Assembly: GCA_964244655.1 (NCBI GenBank)
Contig: CAXTJU010000004.1
Span: 2,516 to 66,515 of the forward strand
DNA length: 64,000 bases
Direction: 5' to 3'
DNA from: an uncultured Acetobacteraceae bacterium
GTDB taxonomy: Bacteria > Pseudomonadota > Alphaproteobacteria > Acetobacterales > Acetobacteraceae
The notes below the pieces were generated by a model. The model ran no database searches, was not told where the DNA came from, and saw nothing but the letters and a program-made list of their open reading frames with translations. Shown piece after piece: positions 29,143 to 39,838 of this stretch. The position numbers were made by a program, and so were the translations under genes. Position 1 is the stretch's first letter. Each line of letters opens with the position of its first letter.

Positions 29143-30032
29143 TCGAGGCGGCGATGATCTGGAACGAGCCGAACAACAAGTCCCACTGGGATTTGGAAGC
29201 CGACCCCGGTTGGGCGATCTTCGCCGAGACGGTGAAGCTGGCGGGCCAGGCCATCGCGTCGGAAGCGCCGGGCCTGCCGCGGGTGCTGGGCGGCATCTCG
29301 CCGATCGACCCCGACTTCATCCGCTGCCTCATCGGCCACGGCGCGCTGGACCACGTGGACGCGGTGGCGGTGCACGGCTTCCCGCTCGACTGGAACAACT
29401 GGCTGATCGACGAGTGGCCGGATAAGATCGCCTCCATCCAGGCCGTGACGGACCTGCCGGTGTGGGTGTCCGAGGTGGGCGTCTCGACCTTCGGCGCGGA
29501 GGAGGTGCAGGAGTTCGGCGTCAGGCGCACCGCCGAGCTGCTGCGCGGCCGGGCGCCGCGCATCCATTGGTACAGCCTGTACGACCTGCCGGCCGCCTGG
29601 CCCGCCACCACCCGGCACCGCGAGGCCGAAGGTTCATCCTACTACCGCCACTTCCACATGGGGCTGTATGACGAGCACGGCCGGGCCAAGCGCGCCGCCA
29701 AGCCGTTCGCGGACTGCACGCCGGAGTTCGGCCTCTGCCAGTGGTTCCACTTCGAGGACCCCCGGCTGGACGACGCGGTGGCCAAGATGCGCGACCTCGG
29801 CGTCACCTACCTGCGCACCGGGCTGAGCTGGGCCGACTTCGACCGGCCGAACGCGCTCGACTGGTTCGACCGGCAGATGCGCGCGCTGGAGGAGTTCGCC
29901 GTCACCGTTACCTTCTGCTTCACGCCAGAGGACAAGGGCACCTGGCCGCACTACACCGCGCCGCCGAAAGACCCGGCCGAGTTCGCCGAGTTCTGCGCGG
30001 CGATGCTGCGGCGCTATGCCGTCCGCGGCTGA
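29139..30032 (+). CDS. Clan GH-A glycoside hydrolase ('beta-xylosidase'/GH39-like), apparently circularly permuted
   Basis: WNEP acid/base at residues 8-11, VHGF, WVSEVG nucleophile, then LRTGLSW and FTP..P.DP.EF..F segments. Confidence 0.85.
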   Translation: MIEAAMIWNEPNNKSHWDLEADPGWAIFAETVKLAGQAIASEAPGLPRVLGGISPIDPDFIRCLIGHGALDHVDAVAVHGFPLDWNNWLIDEWPDKIASIQAVTDLPVWVSEVGVSTFGAEEVQEFGVRRTAELLRGRAPRIHWYSLYDLPAAWPATTRHREAEGSSYYRHFHMGLYDEHGRAKRAAKPFADCTPEFGLCQWFHFEDPRLDDAVAKMRDLGVTYLRTGLSWADFDRPNALDWFDRQMRALEEFAVTVTFCFTPEDKGTWPHYTAPPKDPAEFAEFCAAMLRRYAVRG

Positions 30033-30831
30033 CCTGCTACGCCGCCTGGCCGCGCGCGAGCCGATCGAGCAAGCGGTGGCCCTGGTCGCCGCGCACCCGG
30101 ACGACGAGACCATCGGCGCGGGCGCGGTGCTGCCGCTGTTCCGTCGCCTGCTGCTGGTGCACGTGACGGACGGCGCGCCGCGGAACGGGGCCGATGCCGC
30201 GGCGCACGGCTTCACCGACGTTCCCAGCTACGCCGCCGCGCGGCGGACCGAACTGGCGGCGGCGCTGCACGTGGCCGGCGTCGCCCCGACCTGCGCGGAA
30301 TTAGCCGCGCCGGACCAGGGCGCATCCAGCCGCTTGCCCGAGTTAACGGAAGCGCTGCGGGCGTTGCTGGTGCAGCATGGCATCGAGATAGTACTGACGC
30401 ATCCGTATGAGGGTGGCCACCCGGATCACGACGCCGCCGCCTTCATCACGTCGCAAGCTGCAACGGACCTCACGCGGCTGGAGTTCGCCAGTTACCACGC
30501 GGGCACGGGCGGCCTGATCACCGGGCACTTTCTCGCTGCTCCCTCTCCCGCGCTTGCGGGAGAGGGCCGGGGTGAGGGCGCTTTGCAACGCCATGAAGTG
30601 GCCGTGACGCTCACATCCGCGGAACAGGCCCGCAAGCGCGCGATGCTCGACTGCTTCATCTCGCAACGCGCGACGCTCGCCCCATTCGGCACGGCCTTCG
30701 AACGGTTCCGCCCAGCGCCGAGCTACGACTTCACCCAGCCGCCCCATGCCGGGCCGCTGCATTACGAGCGCTACGAGTGGGGCATGACCGGCGCACGCTG
30801 GCGCAGCCTGGCCGCGCGCGCGATGTGCTGA
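30016..30831 (+). CDS. PIG-L/LmbE-family deacetylase
   Basis: AHPDDETIG and YEGGHPDH metal-binding motifs; contains an in-frame repeat insertion. Confidence 0.88.
   Translation: MPSAADLLRRLAAREPIEQAVALVAAHPDDETIGAGAVLPLFRRLLLVHVTDGAPRNGADAAAHGFTDVPSYAAARRTELAAALHVAGVAPTCAELAAPDQGASSRLPELTEALRALLVQHGIEIVLTHPYEGGHPDHDAAAFITSQAATDLTRLEFASYHAGTGGLITGHFLAAPSPALAGEGRGEGALQRHEVAVTLTSAEQARKRAMLDCFISQRATLAPFGTAFERFRPAPSYDFTQPPHAGPLHYERYEWGMTGARWRSLAARAMC
30541..30578. repeat. Palindromic element family B, in-frame within the PIG-L gene
   Basis: Perfect 11-bp stem CCCTCTCCCGC-GCTT-GCGGGAGAGGG followed by CCGGGGTGAGGG; translated PSPALAGEGRGEG. Confidence 0.8.
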
Positions 30832-31862
30832 CGGTGCTGAGCGTCGCCTACCCGCTGGCGCCCGTGGGGCCGGACGCGGTCGGCGGGGCGGAGCAGGTGC
30901 TGTCCGCCATCGACCGCGCCCTGACGGCGGCAGGCCACCGCTCCGTCGTGGTCGCGTGCGAAGGCTCGCAGGTTGCGGGCGAGCTGGCCGCCATTCCCGC
31001 CATGCCGCCGCCGTTCGACCCGGCGGCGCACGCGCGGGCGCAATCCGCCATCCGCCGCGCCATGGCGCCCTGGCTCGGCCGCGCCGACATGGTGCACCTG
31101 CACGGCCTGGATTTCGACGCCTACCTGCCGCCGCCGGGTCCGCCGGTGCTGGCCACGCTGCATCTGCCGCCGCCGTGGTATGCACCGGCCGCGCTGTCCC
31201 CGGCGCGGCCGCGCACCTGGCTGCATTGCGTGTCGGCCTCGCAGCACCGCGCGTTGCAGGCGCTGCCGCACACGCCGCACCTGCTGCCGCCGATCGGCAA
31301 CGGCGTGGATGTCGCGGCGCTCGCCGCCGTCCGGCACGGCCGCCGCAACTATGCGATCACCCTGGGGCGCATCTGTCCGGAGAAGGGCCAGCACGTGGCC
31401 TTGGGCGCGGCGCACCGCGCCGGCATCGGCTTGCTGATCGGCGGCGTGACGTTCCCCTACCCGGCGCACCAGGCTTATTTCGCCGAGCAGGTGTCGCCGT
31501 TGCTCGATGCGCGCCGCCGCCACCTCGGCGCCCTTGGCTTCACGCGCAAGCGCCGCTTGCTGGCCGGGGCGCGCTGCCTGCTGGCGCCGAGCACCGCGCC
31601 GGAAACCAGCTCCCTCGTCGCCATGGAAGCGATGTCCGCCGGCACGCCGGTGATCGCCTTTCCCTCCGGCGCGCTGGCCGAATTGGTCGAACACGGACGC
31701 ACCGGGTTCCTGGTGCGCACGGTGGCGGAGATGGCGGATGCGATTCGCGAGGCGGGATCGATCGAGGCCGAAACCTGCCGCGCCGTGGCGCGCGAGCGCT
31801 TCACGGCCGCACGCATGACCGCGCAGTACATGCAGGCCTACCAACGGCTCGCCACGGCATGA
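30825..31862 (+). CDS. GT4 family glycosyltransferase
   Basis: GGAEQVL, LGRICPEKG, ETSSLVAMEAMSAGTPVIA; GTG start overlapping the upstream stop. Confidence 0.88.
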   Translation: MLTVLSVAYPLAPVGPDAVGGAEQVLSAIDRALTAAGHRSVVVACEGSQVAGELAAIPAMPPPFDPAAHARAQSAIRRAMAPWLGRADMVHLHGLDFDAYLPPPGPPVLATLHLPPPWYAPAALSPARPRTWLHCVSASQHRALQALPHTPHLLPPIGNGVDVAALAAVRHGRRNYAITLGRICPEKGQHVALGAAHRAGIGLLIGGVTFPYPAHQAYFAEQVSPLLDARRRHLGALGFTRKRRLLAGARCLLAPSTAPETSSLVAMEAMSAGTPVIAFPSGALAELVEHGRTGFLVRTVAEMADAIREAGSIEAETCRAVARERFTAARMTAQYMQAYQRLATA

Positions 31863-32830
31863 TCGCGGCCCTCATCGAGAGCGAGTCCGGCTTTCGCGCG
31901 TTGCTTCCCGAATGGGATGCGCTGTGGCGTCGCGCCGGCCGGCCGCCGTTCCAGTCGCCCGCCTGGCAACTGCCATGGTGGGGCGCCTTCGGCACCGGCC
32001 AGCTGCGCGTGGCGACCCTGCGCGTGGATGGGGCGCTCGTTGGCATGCTGCCGCTCTACGCGCTGCACGAGGGAACGGAGCGCAAGTTACTGCCGGTCGG
32101 CGTGGGACTCAGCGACCACTGCGACGCGCTGCTCGACCCTGGCTTGCCTGCAACGGCCAGCGACGCGCTGCTGCGAACGGCGCTGGCGGATGCGGCCGGC
32201 ATCACTTCCTGCGCGCTGCCCGATTTGCCGCCTGAGTCCGCGCTGCGCCAGGCCGCCTGTCCGCCCGGCTGGCGCGAGGCCGCGATGCCGCAGACGCCCT
32301 GCCCCGTGCTGACGCTGGACGGCGCGCCGCTGCCCGCCGGCGTGCTGCGCAACCTCCGCCAGTCGCGGCACCGAGCGGAGCGGCGCGGCGGGTGGCACGC
32401 CGCGGTGGCGACGGCCGCGCAAGCGCCGCAAGCGTGGCAAGCCCTGGTGCAGATGCACCAGCATCGCTGGACAGCCCTGGGCGAAGCTGGCGTGCTGTCC
32501 GACCCGGCCGTGCTCGCGTTCCACGCCGCCGCGGTGCCGGAGCTGGCCGCATCCGGCATCCTGCGCTTGCAGGTGCTGCATGTCGGCGGACGCCTCTGCG
32601 CCGTCTATCACACCATGACAGCACCCAGCCGCCTGCTGTTCTACCTCAGCGGATTTGCAGCGGCAGAATCGTTCGTCAGTCCCGGAACTTTGCTGCTCGG
32701 CCACATCGTGGAGCAGGCCGCACGCGACGGCGTGCGCGAGTTGCATTTCCTGCGCGGGCGCGAAAGCTACAAATACGCCTGGGGCGCGAAGGACCGCATG
32801 AACGTTGGGCGCCTGCTCCTCCCCGCCTGA
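31859..32830 (+). CDS. GNAT (CelD/BcsL-like, Acetyltransf_6) acyltransferase
   Basis: PFQSPAW..WW, SDHCDAL, YLSGF, SPGTLL, FLRGRESYKYAW. Confidence 0.85.
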   Translation: MIAALIESESGFRALLPEWDALWRRAGRPPFQSPAWQLPWWGAFGTGQLRVATLRVDGALVGMLPLYALHEGTERKLLPVGVGLSDHCDALLDPGLPATASDALLRTALADAAGITSCALPDLPPESALRQAACPPGWREAAMPQTPCPVLTLDGAPLPAGVLRNLRQSRHRAERRGGWHAAVATAAQAPQAWQALVQMHQHRWTALGEAGVLSDPAVLAFHAAAVPELAASGILRLQVLHVGGRLCAVYHTMTAPSRLLFYLSGFAAAESFVSPGTLLLGHIVEQAARDGVRELHFLRGRESYKYAWGAKDRMNVGRLLLPA

Positions 32831-32974
32831 GTTCGCTCGGCGCATGCAGGCTGCCCCTAATTATTCCGATACCGCCGCGAGCAGTCGCCTCCTATCAACA
32901 AAAATTAGTTCTTCGTTGCAGCACAAGCACTATATATGCGACTCGACCAACGACTCACCGGAATCGGAAACCAC

Positions 32975-33364
32975 ATGCTCAAAGCAGAAACTACGGCAGT
33001 CCGTGCGCCCCGCGGCACGAAGCCCGTCAGCCAGGCCTTCTTCACCGCGCTGGAATCCATTCCCGAAGCCTCGCGCTCCGCCGTGGCGAAGGCGGCGCAA
33101 GTGATGATCCGGGACGAACTCAAGACCCGGCGTGAGAAGCTGAAGATGGCCGCGGCCAAGGAGAAAGCCCGCCAGCCGGTCGCGGCGAAGGCGACGGCCG
33201 CGAAGCCGGCCGCCTCGAAGGCGTCCCCCGCCAAGCCTGCGGCCAAGAAGCGCGCCGCTCCGAAGCGCCCCGCCGAAGTCGCCGCGCCGGAAATGGCCGA
33301 AGAGACGTCGGAGCCTGAGCCGAAGCGCCGCGGGCGCAAATCGTCCGCGGCCTCCGCTAGCTGA
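32975..33364 (+). CDS. Lys/Ala-rich histone-H1-like small protein
   Basis: N-terminal helical domain plus AAK/PAAK repeats and KRRGRK. Confidence 0.7.
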   Translation: MLKAETTAVRAPRGTKPVSQAFFTALESIPEASRSAVAKAAQVMIRDELKTRREKLKMAAAKEKARQPVAAKATAAKPAASKASPAKPAAKKRAAPKRPAEVAAPEMAEETSEPEPKRRGRKSSAASAS

Positions 33365-33395
33365 CGCCGTATCGCCGCCGGCGCCCGTCATCCCG

Positions 33396-34733
33396 TCAGG
33401 CGCTGGCGGCACTTTCCGTCGCGGCGTTGCTGCGGCCGATCCCGCTGTAGCGCAGCCCGGCTTCGCGCATCGCCGCCGGGTCGAAGACGTTGCGCAAGTC
33501 CACCACCACGCCATCCTTCAGCAAGGCCGCAAGCCGCTCGGGCGCGATGGCGCGGAACTCGTTCCACTCCGTCACCAGCACCATGGCGTGTGCGCCGTTG
33601 AGCGCGTCGGCAGCATCGCGGCAGAACACCACCGCGTCCGGCAGCAACGGGCGCGCCTGCTCCATGCCTTCGGGATCGAACGCGCGGATGGTCGCACCTT
33701 TCTCCATCAGGCGGTGCACGATCGGCAGGCTGGGCGCATCGCGCATGTCGTCCGTCTCGGGCTTGAACGTCAGCCCCAGCACCGCGATCGTCTTGCCGCG
33801 CACGCTGCCGCCGCACGCGGCGATCACCCTTGCCGCCATCGCCGCCTTGCGCGCCTCGTTCACCGCCACCGTCGCTTCCACCAGGCGGGACGGCGCGCCC
33901 CAATCCTGCGCGATCCGCATCAGCGCCAGCGTGTCCTTGGGAAAGCACGAGCCGCCATAGCCCGGGCCGGGATGCAGGAACTTGCGGCCGATCCGCCCGT
34001 CCAGCCCGATGCCGCGCGCCACGTCGTGCACGTCCGCGCCGACCTTCTCGCAGAGGTCGGCCATCTCGTTGATGAACGTCACCTTCATTGCCAGGAACGA
34101 GTTGGCCGCGTACTTGGTCAGCTCCGCCGTTTCCAGCGCGGTGAACAGGATCGGCGCCTCGATCAGGTACAGCGGACGGTATAGCCGCCGCAGCACCTCG
34201 CGCGCCCGCTCGCTGTCGGTGCCGATCACCACGCGGTCCGGCCGCATGAAGTCCCCGATGGCGCTGCCTTCGCGCAGGAACTCGGGGTTGCTGGCGACGT
34301 CGAACTCCGCGTGCGGCGCGGCCTGCGCCATGATGGCGGCGATGCTGCGGCCCGTGCCCACCGGCACCGTGCTCTTGGTGATGACCACCGCGTAGCCGGT
34401 CAGCGCGCGCGCCACTTGCTCCGCCGCGGCGTTGACGTAGCTGACATCCGCATGGCCGTCGCCGCGCCGGGTCGGCGTGCCGACGGCGATGAACACCGCC
34501 TCCACGCCCGCCACCGCGGCCGCGAGATCGCCGGTGAAGCTCAGCCGGCCGGCCGCGGTGTTCTCGTGCACCAGGCGGTCCAGCCCGGGCTCATAGATCG
34601 GCATGACGCCGTCGAGCAGCAGCGCGAGCTTGGCGGCGTCGCGCTCCACCACGCACACCTCCACGCCGAGGTCGGCGAAGCACGCCCCGGACACGAGGCC
34701 AACGTAGCCGCCGCCGATCATCGCGATCTTCAT
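33396..34733 (-). CDS. ugd: UDP-glucose 6-dehydrogenase
   Basis: GGGYVG, IAVGTP, KSTVP, SNPEFLREG, GYGGSCFPKD. Confidence 0.96.
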   Translation of the reverse strand: MKIAMIGGGYVGLVSGACFADLGVEVCVVERDAAKLALLLDGVMPIYEPGLDRLVHENTAAGRLSFTGDLAAAVAGVEAVFIAVGTPTRRGDGHADVSYVNAAAEQVARALTGYAVVITKSTVPVGTGRSIAAIMAQAAPHAEFDVASNPEFLREGSAIGDFMRPDRVVIGTDSERAREVLRRLYRPLYLIEAPILFTALETAELTKYAANSFLAMKVTFINEMADLCEKVGADVHDVARGIGLDGRIGRKFLHPGPGYGGSCFPKDTLALMRIAQDWGAPSRLVEATVAVNEARKAAMAARVIAACGGSVRGKTIAVLGLTFKPETDDMRDAPSLPIVHRLMEKGATIRAFDPEGMEQARPLLPDAVVFCRDAADALNGAHAMVLVTEWNEFRAIAPERLAALLKDGVVVDLRNVFDPAAMREAGLRYSGIGRSNAATESAASA

Positions 34734-34758
34734 GGGATAATCCTATGCTGGAAAGCCG

Positions 34759-35742
<984 letters not shown>

Positions 35743-35813
35743 GCTTTGGCTCACTTGCTATAAAGACTATTGTCTTAGAAGAAGCTTACCATCGCATCAA
35801 TGCCGACGCCTCA

Positions 35814-38204
35814 GTGACAGACCTCGACCTTCCCGTGCGCGACGCGCTGCCGGCGCTTGAAGCGGCGCTCGCGCGCGGCAACGCCGTGCTGGTGGCGCCT
35901 CCCGGTGCGGGCAAGACCACGCTCGCGCCGCTGCACCTGCTGGGCCGCGTGCCCGGCCGGCCGGCCGGGAAGATCGTCATGCTGGAGCCGCGCCGCCTCG
36001 CCGCCCGCGCCGCCGCCGCCCGCATGGCGTTCCTGCTAGGCGAGGCGGTGGGGCAGACCGCGGGCTACCGCACCCGGCTCGACTCCGCCGTCTCGCCGGC
36101 TACCCGCATCGAGGTGGTGACGGAAGGCCTGCTGGTGCGCCGCCTGCTGTCCGACCCGGGGCTGGACGGCGTGGGCCTGGTCATCCTGGACGAGGTGCAC
36201 GAGCGCGCGCTGGCCGCCGACCTCGCGCTTGCATTGTGCCTGGACCTGCAACGCCAGCTGCGCCCCGAGCTGCGGCTGCTCGCCATGTCCGCCACCGCCG
36301 ACGGCGCGCGCCTGTCCGCGCTGATGGACGCCCCCGTGATCGAGAGCGCCGGCCGCATGTTTCCCGTGGCGGTGGAGCATGCCAAGCGCGACCTCGCCTC
36401 CCCGCGTGACCTGCCAGGCGCCGTGGCGTCCGCGGTGCATGACGCATTGGCGGCGCATGGCGGCGACATCCTGGCCTTCCTGCCCGGCATGGGCGACATC
36501 CGCCGCGCGCAAGCCGGCCTCGAAGGCTGCGGCGCGCTGGTGCTGCCGCTGCACGGCGACCTGCCCGCCGCCGAACAGGACCGCGCCCTGCGCCCCGCCG
36601 AGGAAGGCCGCCGGGTCGTGCTGGCCACCAGCATCGCGGAAACCTCGCTCACCGTGCCCGGCGTGCGCGTGGTGGTGGATGGCGGCTGGCGGCGCGCGCC
36701 GCGGCTGGACCCGGCGACCGGGCTGACCCGGCTGGCCACCGTCCGCATCAGCCGCGCCGCCGCCGACCAGCGCGCCGGGCGGGCGGGGCGGGAAGCGCCG
36801 GGGGTGGCTATCCGCCTGTGGTCCCCGGCGCTGCACCGCGGCCTGCCGCCGTTCGACCGCCCGGAGATCACGGAGGCGGAGCTGAGCGGCCTCGTGCTGG
36901 ACTGCCTCGCCTGGGGCACGCCGCCGGAGGCCCTGCCCTTCCCCGACCCGCCCGCCGCCGGCCCGCTCGCCGCCGCCCGCGCGCTGCTGGCCGACCTGGG
37001 CGCGATGCAGGACGGTGCGCTGACCGCGCAGGGCCGGCGCATGGCGGAGCTGGGCGCGCATCCCCGCCTGGCCGCCATGATGCTGGCCGCGCGCTTGCCG
37101 CCGGAGCAGGCGCTGGCCGCCGACCTGGCCGCGCTGCTGGAGGAACGCGACCCGATGCGCGAGCGCGACGCCCCGGCGGACGTGGCGCTGCGGCTGGAGG
37201 CGCTGGCCGGACGGCGGGACGCCGACCGTGGCGGCCTGGCCCGCATCCGCCAGGCCGCCGGGCAGTACCGCCGCCGCCTGCGCACCACCGCCCCCGCCGC
37301 GGGCGACCCGGCGCCGCTGCTGGCCGCCGCCTTCCCCGACCGCATCGCGCAGCGCCGGGGCGAGGTGGGCAGCTTCCGCCTCTCCGGCGGCGGCGGCGCG
37401 AAGCTGCCCGCCACCGACCCGCTCGCCCGCGCGCCGCTGCTGGCGGTGGGCGCGCTGGAACTCGGCAGCTCCGCCCGCATCCGCCTGGCAGCCCCCCTGG
37501 ACATCGCGGACGTGCCGGAGTGGCGGGTGACGCAGACGGTGGAGAGCGGCTTCGACGCGGTGGCCGGCACCGTGCTGTCCCGCCGCCGCCGCCGCCTGGG
37601 TGCGCTGGTGCTGGAAGACCGCACCGCCCCCGCCGACCCGGCGGAGACCGCGCGCATTCTGGCGGACGTGGCCGGCCGCAAGCTGGACGCGCTGGGCTGG
37701 ACGGAGTCGGGGCGGCAGCTGCAAGCCCGCGTCGCCCTGCTGCGCCAGCTCGACCCGGCGACGCCTGACTTGTCGGACGCAGCACTGGCGGCCAGCGTGC
37801 AGGACTGGCTGGCGCCGCAGCTGTTCGGCACGGCAAAGCTGGCAGACGCGGCCAAGCTCGACCTGCACGCCATCCTGCGCGGGATGTTGGGCTGGAACCA
37901 CGCCGCCCGCCTTGACCGCGACCTGCCGACGCACCTGGCCCTGCCCGGCGGCCGGGCGGCGATCGACTACCTGCAGCCGGTACCGGTAGCGTCCGCCCGG
38001 GCGCAGGCGTTCTACGGCCAGCGCACCACGCCGCTGCTGGCGGGCGGCCGAGTGCCGTTGCAGTTCGCGCTGCTGTCGCCCGCAGGGCGGCCAGTGGCGA
38101 TCACGGCGGATTTGGCAGGGTTTTGGGCGGGGACGTGGGCCGACGTGCGGCGGGACATGCGGGGGCGGTATCCGCGGCACGACTGGCCGGAAGCCCCAGT
38201 TTGA
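35814..38204 (+). CDS. hrpB: ATP-dependent RNA helicase HrpB
   Basis: APPGAGKTT, EPRRLAAR, DEVHER, MSAT, QRAGRAGR, C-terminal RGRYPRHDWP. Confidence 0.96.
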   Translation: MTDLDLPVRDALPALEAALARGNAVLVAPPGAGKTTLAPLHLLGRVPGRPAGKIVMLEPRRLAARAAAARMAFLLGEAVGQTAGYRTRLDSAVSPATRIEVVTEGLLVRRLLSDPGLDGVGLVILDEVHERALAADLALALCLDLQRQLRPELRLLAMSATADGARLSALMDAPVIESAGRMFPVAVEHAKRDLASPRDLPGAVASAVHDALAAHGGDILAFLPGMGDIRRAQAGLEGCGALVLPLHGDLPAAEQDRALRPAEEGRRVVLATSIAETSLTVPGVRVVVDGGWRRAPRLDPATGLTRLATVRISRAAADQRAGRAGREAPGVAIRLWSPALHRGLPPFDRPEITEAELSGLVLDCLAWGTPPEALPFPDPPAAGPLAAARALLADLGAMQDGALTAQGRRMAELGAHPRLAAMMLAARLPPEQALAADLAALLEERDPMRERDAPADVALRLEALAGRRDADRGGLARIRQAAGQYRRRLRTTAPAAGDPAPLLAAAFPDRIAQRRGEVGSFRLSGGGGAKLPATDPLARAPLLAVGALELGSSARIRLAAPLDIADVPEWRVTQTVESGFDAVAGTVLSRRRRRLGALVLEDRTAPADPAETARILADVAGRKLDALGWTESGRQLQARVALLRQLDPATPDLSDAALAASVQDWLAPQLFGTAKLADAAKLDLHAILRGMLGWNHAARLDRDLPTHLALPGGRAAIDYLQPVPVASARAQAFYGQRTTPLLAGGRVPLQFALLSPAGRPVAITADLAGFWAGTWADVRRDMRGRYPRHDWPEAPV

Positions 38205-38226
38205 TCCCACTCAGGAGCTTGATGGA

Positions 38227-38579
38227 ATGATACGATCGACATGCGGCTTCATGTTGGGCGTCACGATCCGTCGGTGGCGACAACAGCTCAGGCGGCAGAA
38301 ACTGGAGACTCGTTCCGTAAGGCATTACTCCATGAATGCCCTGATCGCCGATGGGATTACGCCACCGCGGCCGATTACGAGCAGCCGCTGATCGCAGCAT
38401 CTTCAGAGCTGTCACGCAAACAGAAACAGGCGGAAGACCGGGCGGCAGGACTCGCTTGCGCATACAAGGAAGGCCTTAGCTGCGACAACTCAGGCCGCAT
38501 CCGCTACCTTATGCAGCACAGTCGCTTGAGAAGCTTGATGCAGGCATTCTGCGTCGTGCAGCCGAGCGCGTTCGATTAA
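38227..38579 (+). pseudogene. Probable frameshifted small secreted 4-Cys protein
   Basis: Frame from ATG 38227 (MIRSTCGFMLGVTI) must shift to join SVATTAQA-AETGDSFRKALLHECPD... of the 38241 frame; lower-GC codon use. Confidence 0.4.
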
Positions 38580-38722
38580 AGCGCGATCCGGACTCCTTCT
38601 CCCTCTCACGCGCTTTACGGGATAAATCCGGGGTGAGAGCGCTTGGAGCACTGCTTGTGACATTAGGTATGAACCGCCACCATCGCGCCGTGTTGCATCT
38701 GAGCCCTCCCGGAACCCATCCG

Positions 38723-39838
38723 ATGATCCGCCCCGCCCTTCTCGCAGTCGCCATGCTGCTGTCCGGCTGCACCCACTCCGTCGCCCAAGGCGGCCAAGGG
38801 GATGGCGGCCCCTTGCGGGCGGCGCTGCCCTCTCTCGCCCCCCTGGTCAAGCGCGTGGTGCCCTCCGTCGTGAACATCGCCGTCACCGAGAGCGTGGCCG
38901 CGGACCAGGACGTGCAGCTGCCCTCCGCCCTGCGCGGCACGCCACTGGAGAAGCAGTTCCGCGAGCGGCTGCGCTCGCGGCGGGAGCAGGTGCAGGGCGC
39001 AGGCTCCGGCTTCGTCATCGACCCCTCGGGCGTCATCGTCACCAACAACCACGTGGTCGGCCATGCGGACCGCATCATCGTCTCGCTGTCCAACGGCACC
39101 GAGCTGCCGGCCAAGGTGCTCGGCACGGACGAGCTGACCGACATCGCCGTCATCAAGGTGGACGGCGCCGGGTCGCTGCCCGCCGTCACCTGGGGCGACT
39201 CGCGCAACGTGGAGGTGGGGGACTGGATCGTCGCCGCCGGCAATCCGTTCGGGCTCGGCTCCTCGGTCAGCGCCGGCATCGTCTCGGCACGGGGGCGGGA
39301 CATCGGCGCAGGCCCGTTCGACGACTTCCTGCAAATCGACGCGCCGATCAACCCGGGCAACTCGGGCGGCCCCACCTTTAACCTGGAAGGCCAGGTGATC
39401 GCGGTGAACACGGCCATCGTCTCGCCCACCGGCGGCTCGGTCGGCATTGGCTTCGCCATCCCCAGCGAGATCGCGATGAAGATCGTGGCCGAGCTGCGCG
39501 AGAAGGGCCACGTGGACCGCGGCTGGCTGGGCGTGGGCGTGCAGGACGTGCCGCGCAGCCCGTCCGGCGCGGCCCAAGGCCAGAGCCAAGGCGCTGCCCG
39601 CGGCGGCGTCGCCATCGCCAGCCTGGACCGGGCGGGGCCGGCCGCACACTCCGGCTTGCAGGCGGGGGACATTGTGACGGCGGTGAACGGGGTGACGGTC
39701 GACAGCGCGCACGACCTCATCAAGGTGGTCAGCGCCACGCCGCCCGGCACGGCCCTGCATCTGACGGTGCGCCGCCACGGGCAAACGATGGACATCCCGG
39801 TCACGGTCGGTCTGCGGCCCAACGAAAGCAACGGTTGA
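38723..39838 (+). CDS. DegP/HtrA (Do-family) serine protease, one PDZ, lipoprotein
   Basis: LLSGC lipobox, GSGFVI, TNNHVV, TDIAVIK, INPGNSGGP, RGWLGV. Confidence 0.93.
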   Translation: MIRPALLAVAMLLSGCTHSVAQGGQGDGGPLRAALPSLAPLVKRVVPSVVNIAVTESVAADQDVQLPSALRGTPLEKQFRERLRSRREQVQGAGSGFVIDPSGVIVTNNHVVGHADRIIVSLSNGTELPAKVLGTDELTDIAVIKVDGAGSLPAVTWGDSRNVEVGDWIVAAGNPFGLGSSVSAGIVSARGRDIGAGPFDDFLQIDAPINPGNSGGPTFNLEGQVIAVNTAIVSPTGGSVGIGFAIPSEIAMKIVAELREKGHVDRGWLGVGVQDVPRSPSGAAQGQSQGAARGGVAIASLDRAGPAAHSGLQAGDIVTAVNGVTVDSAHDLIKVVSATPPGTALHLTVRRHGQTMDIPVTVGLRPNESNG

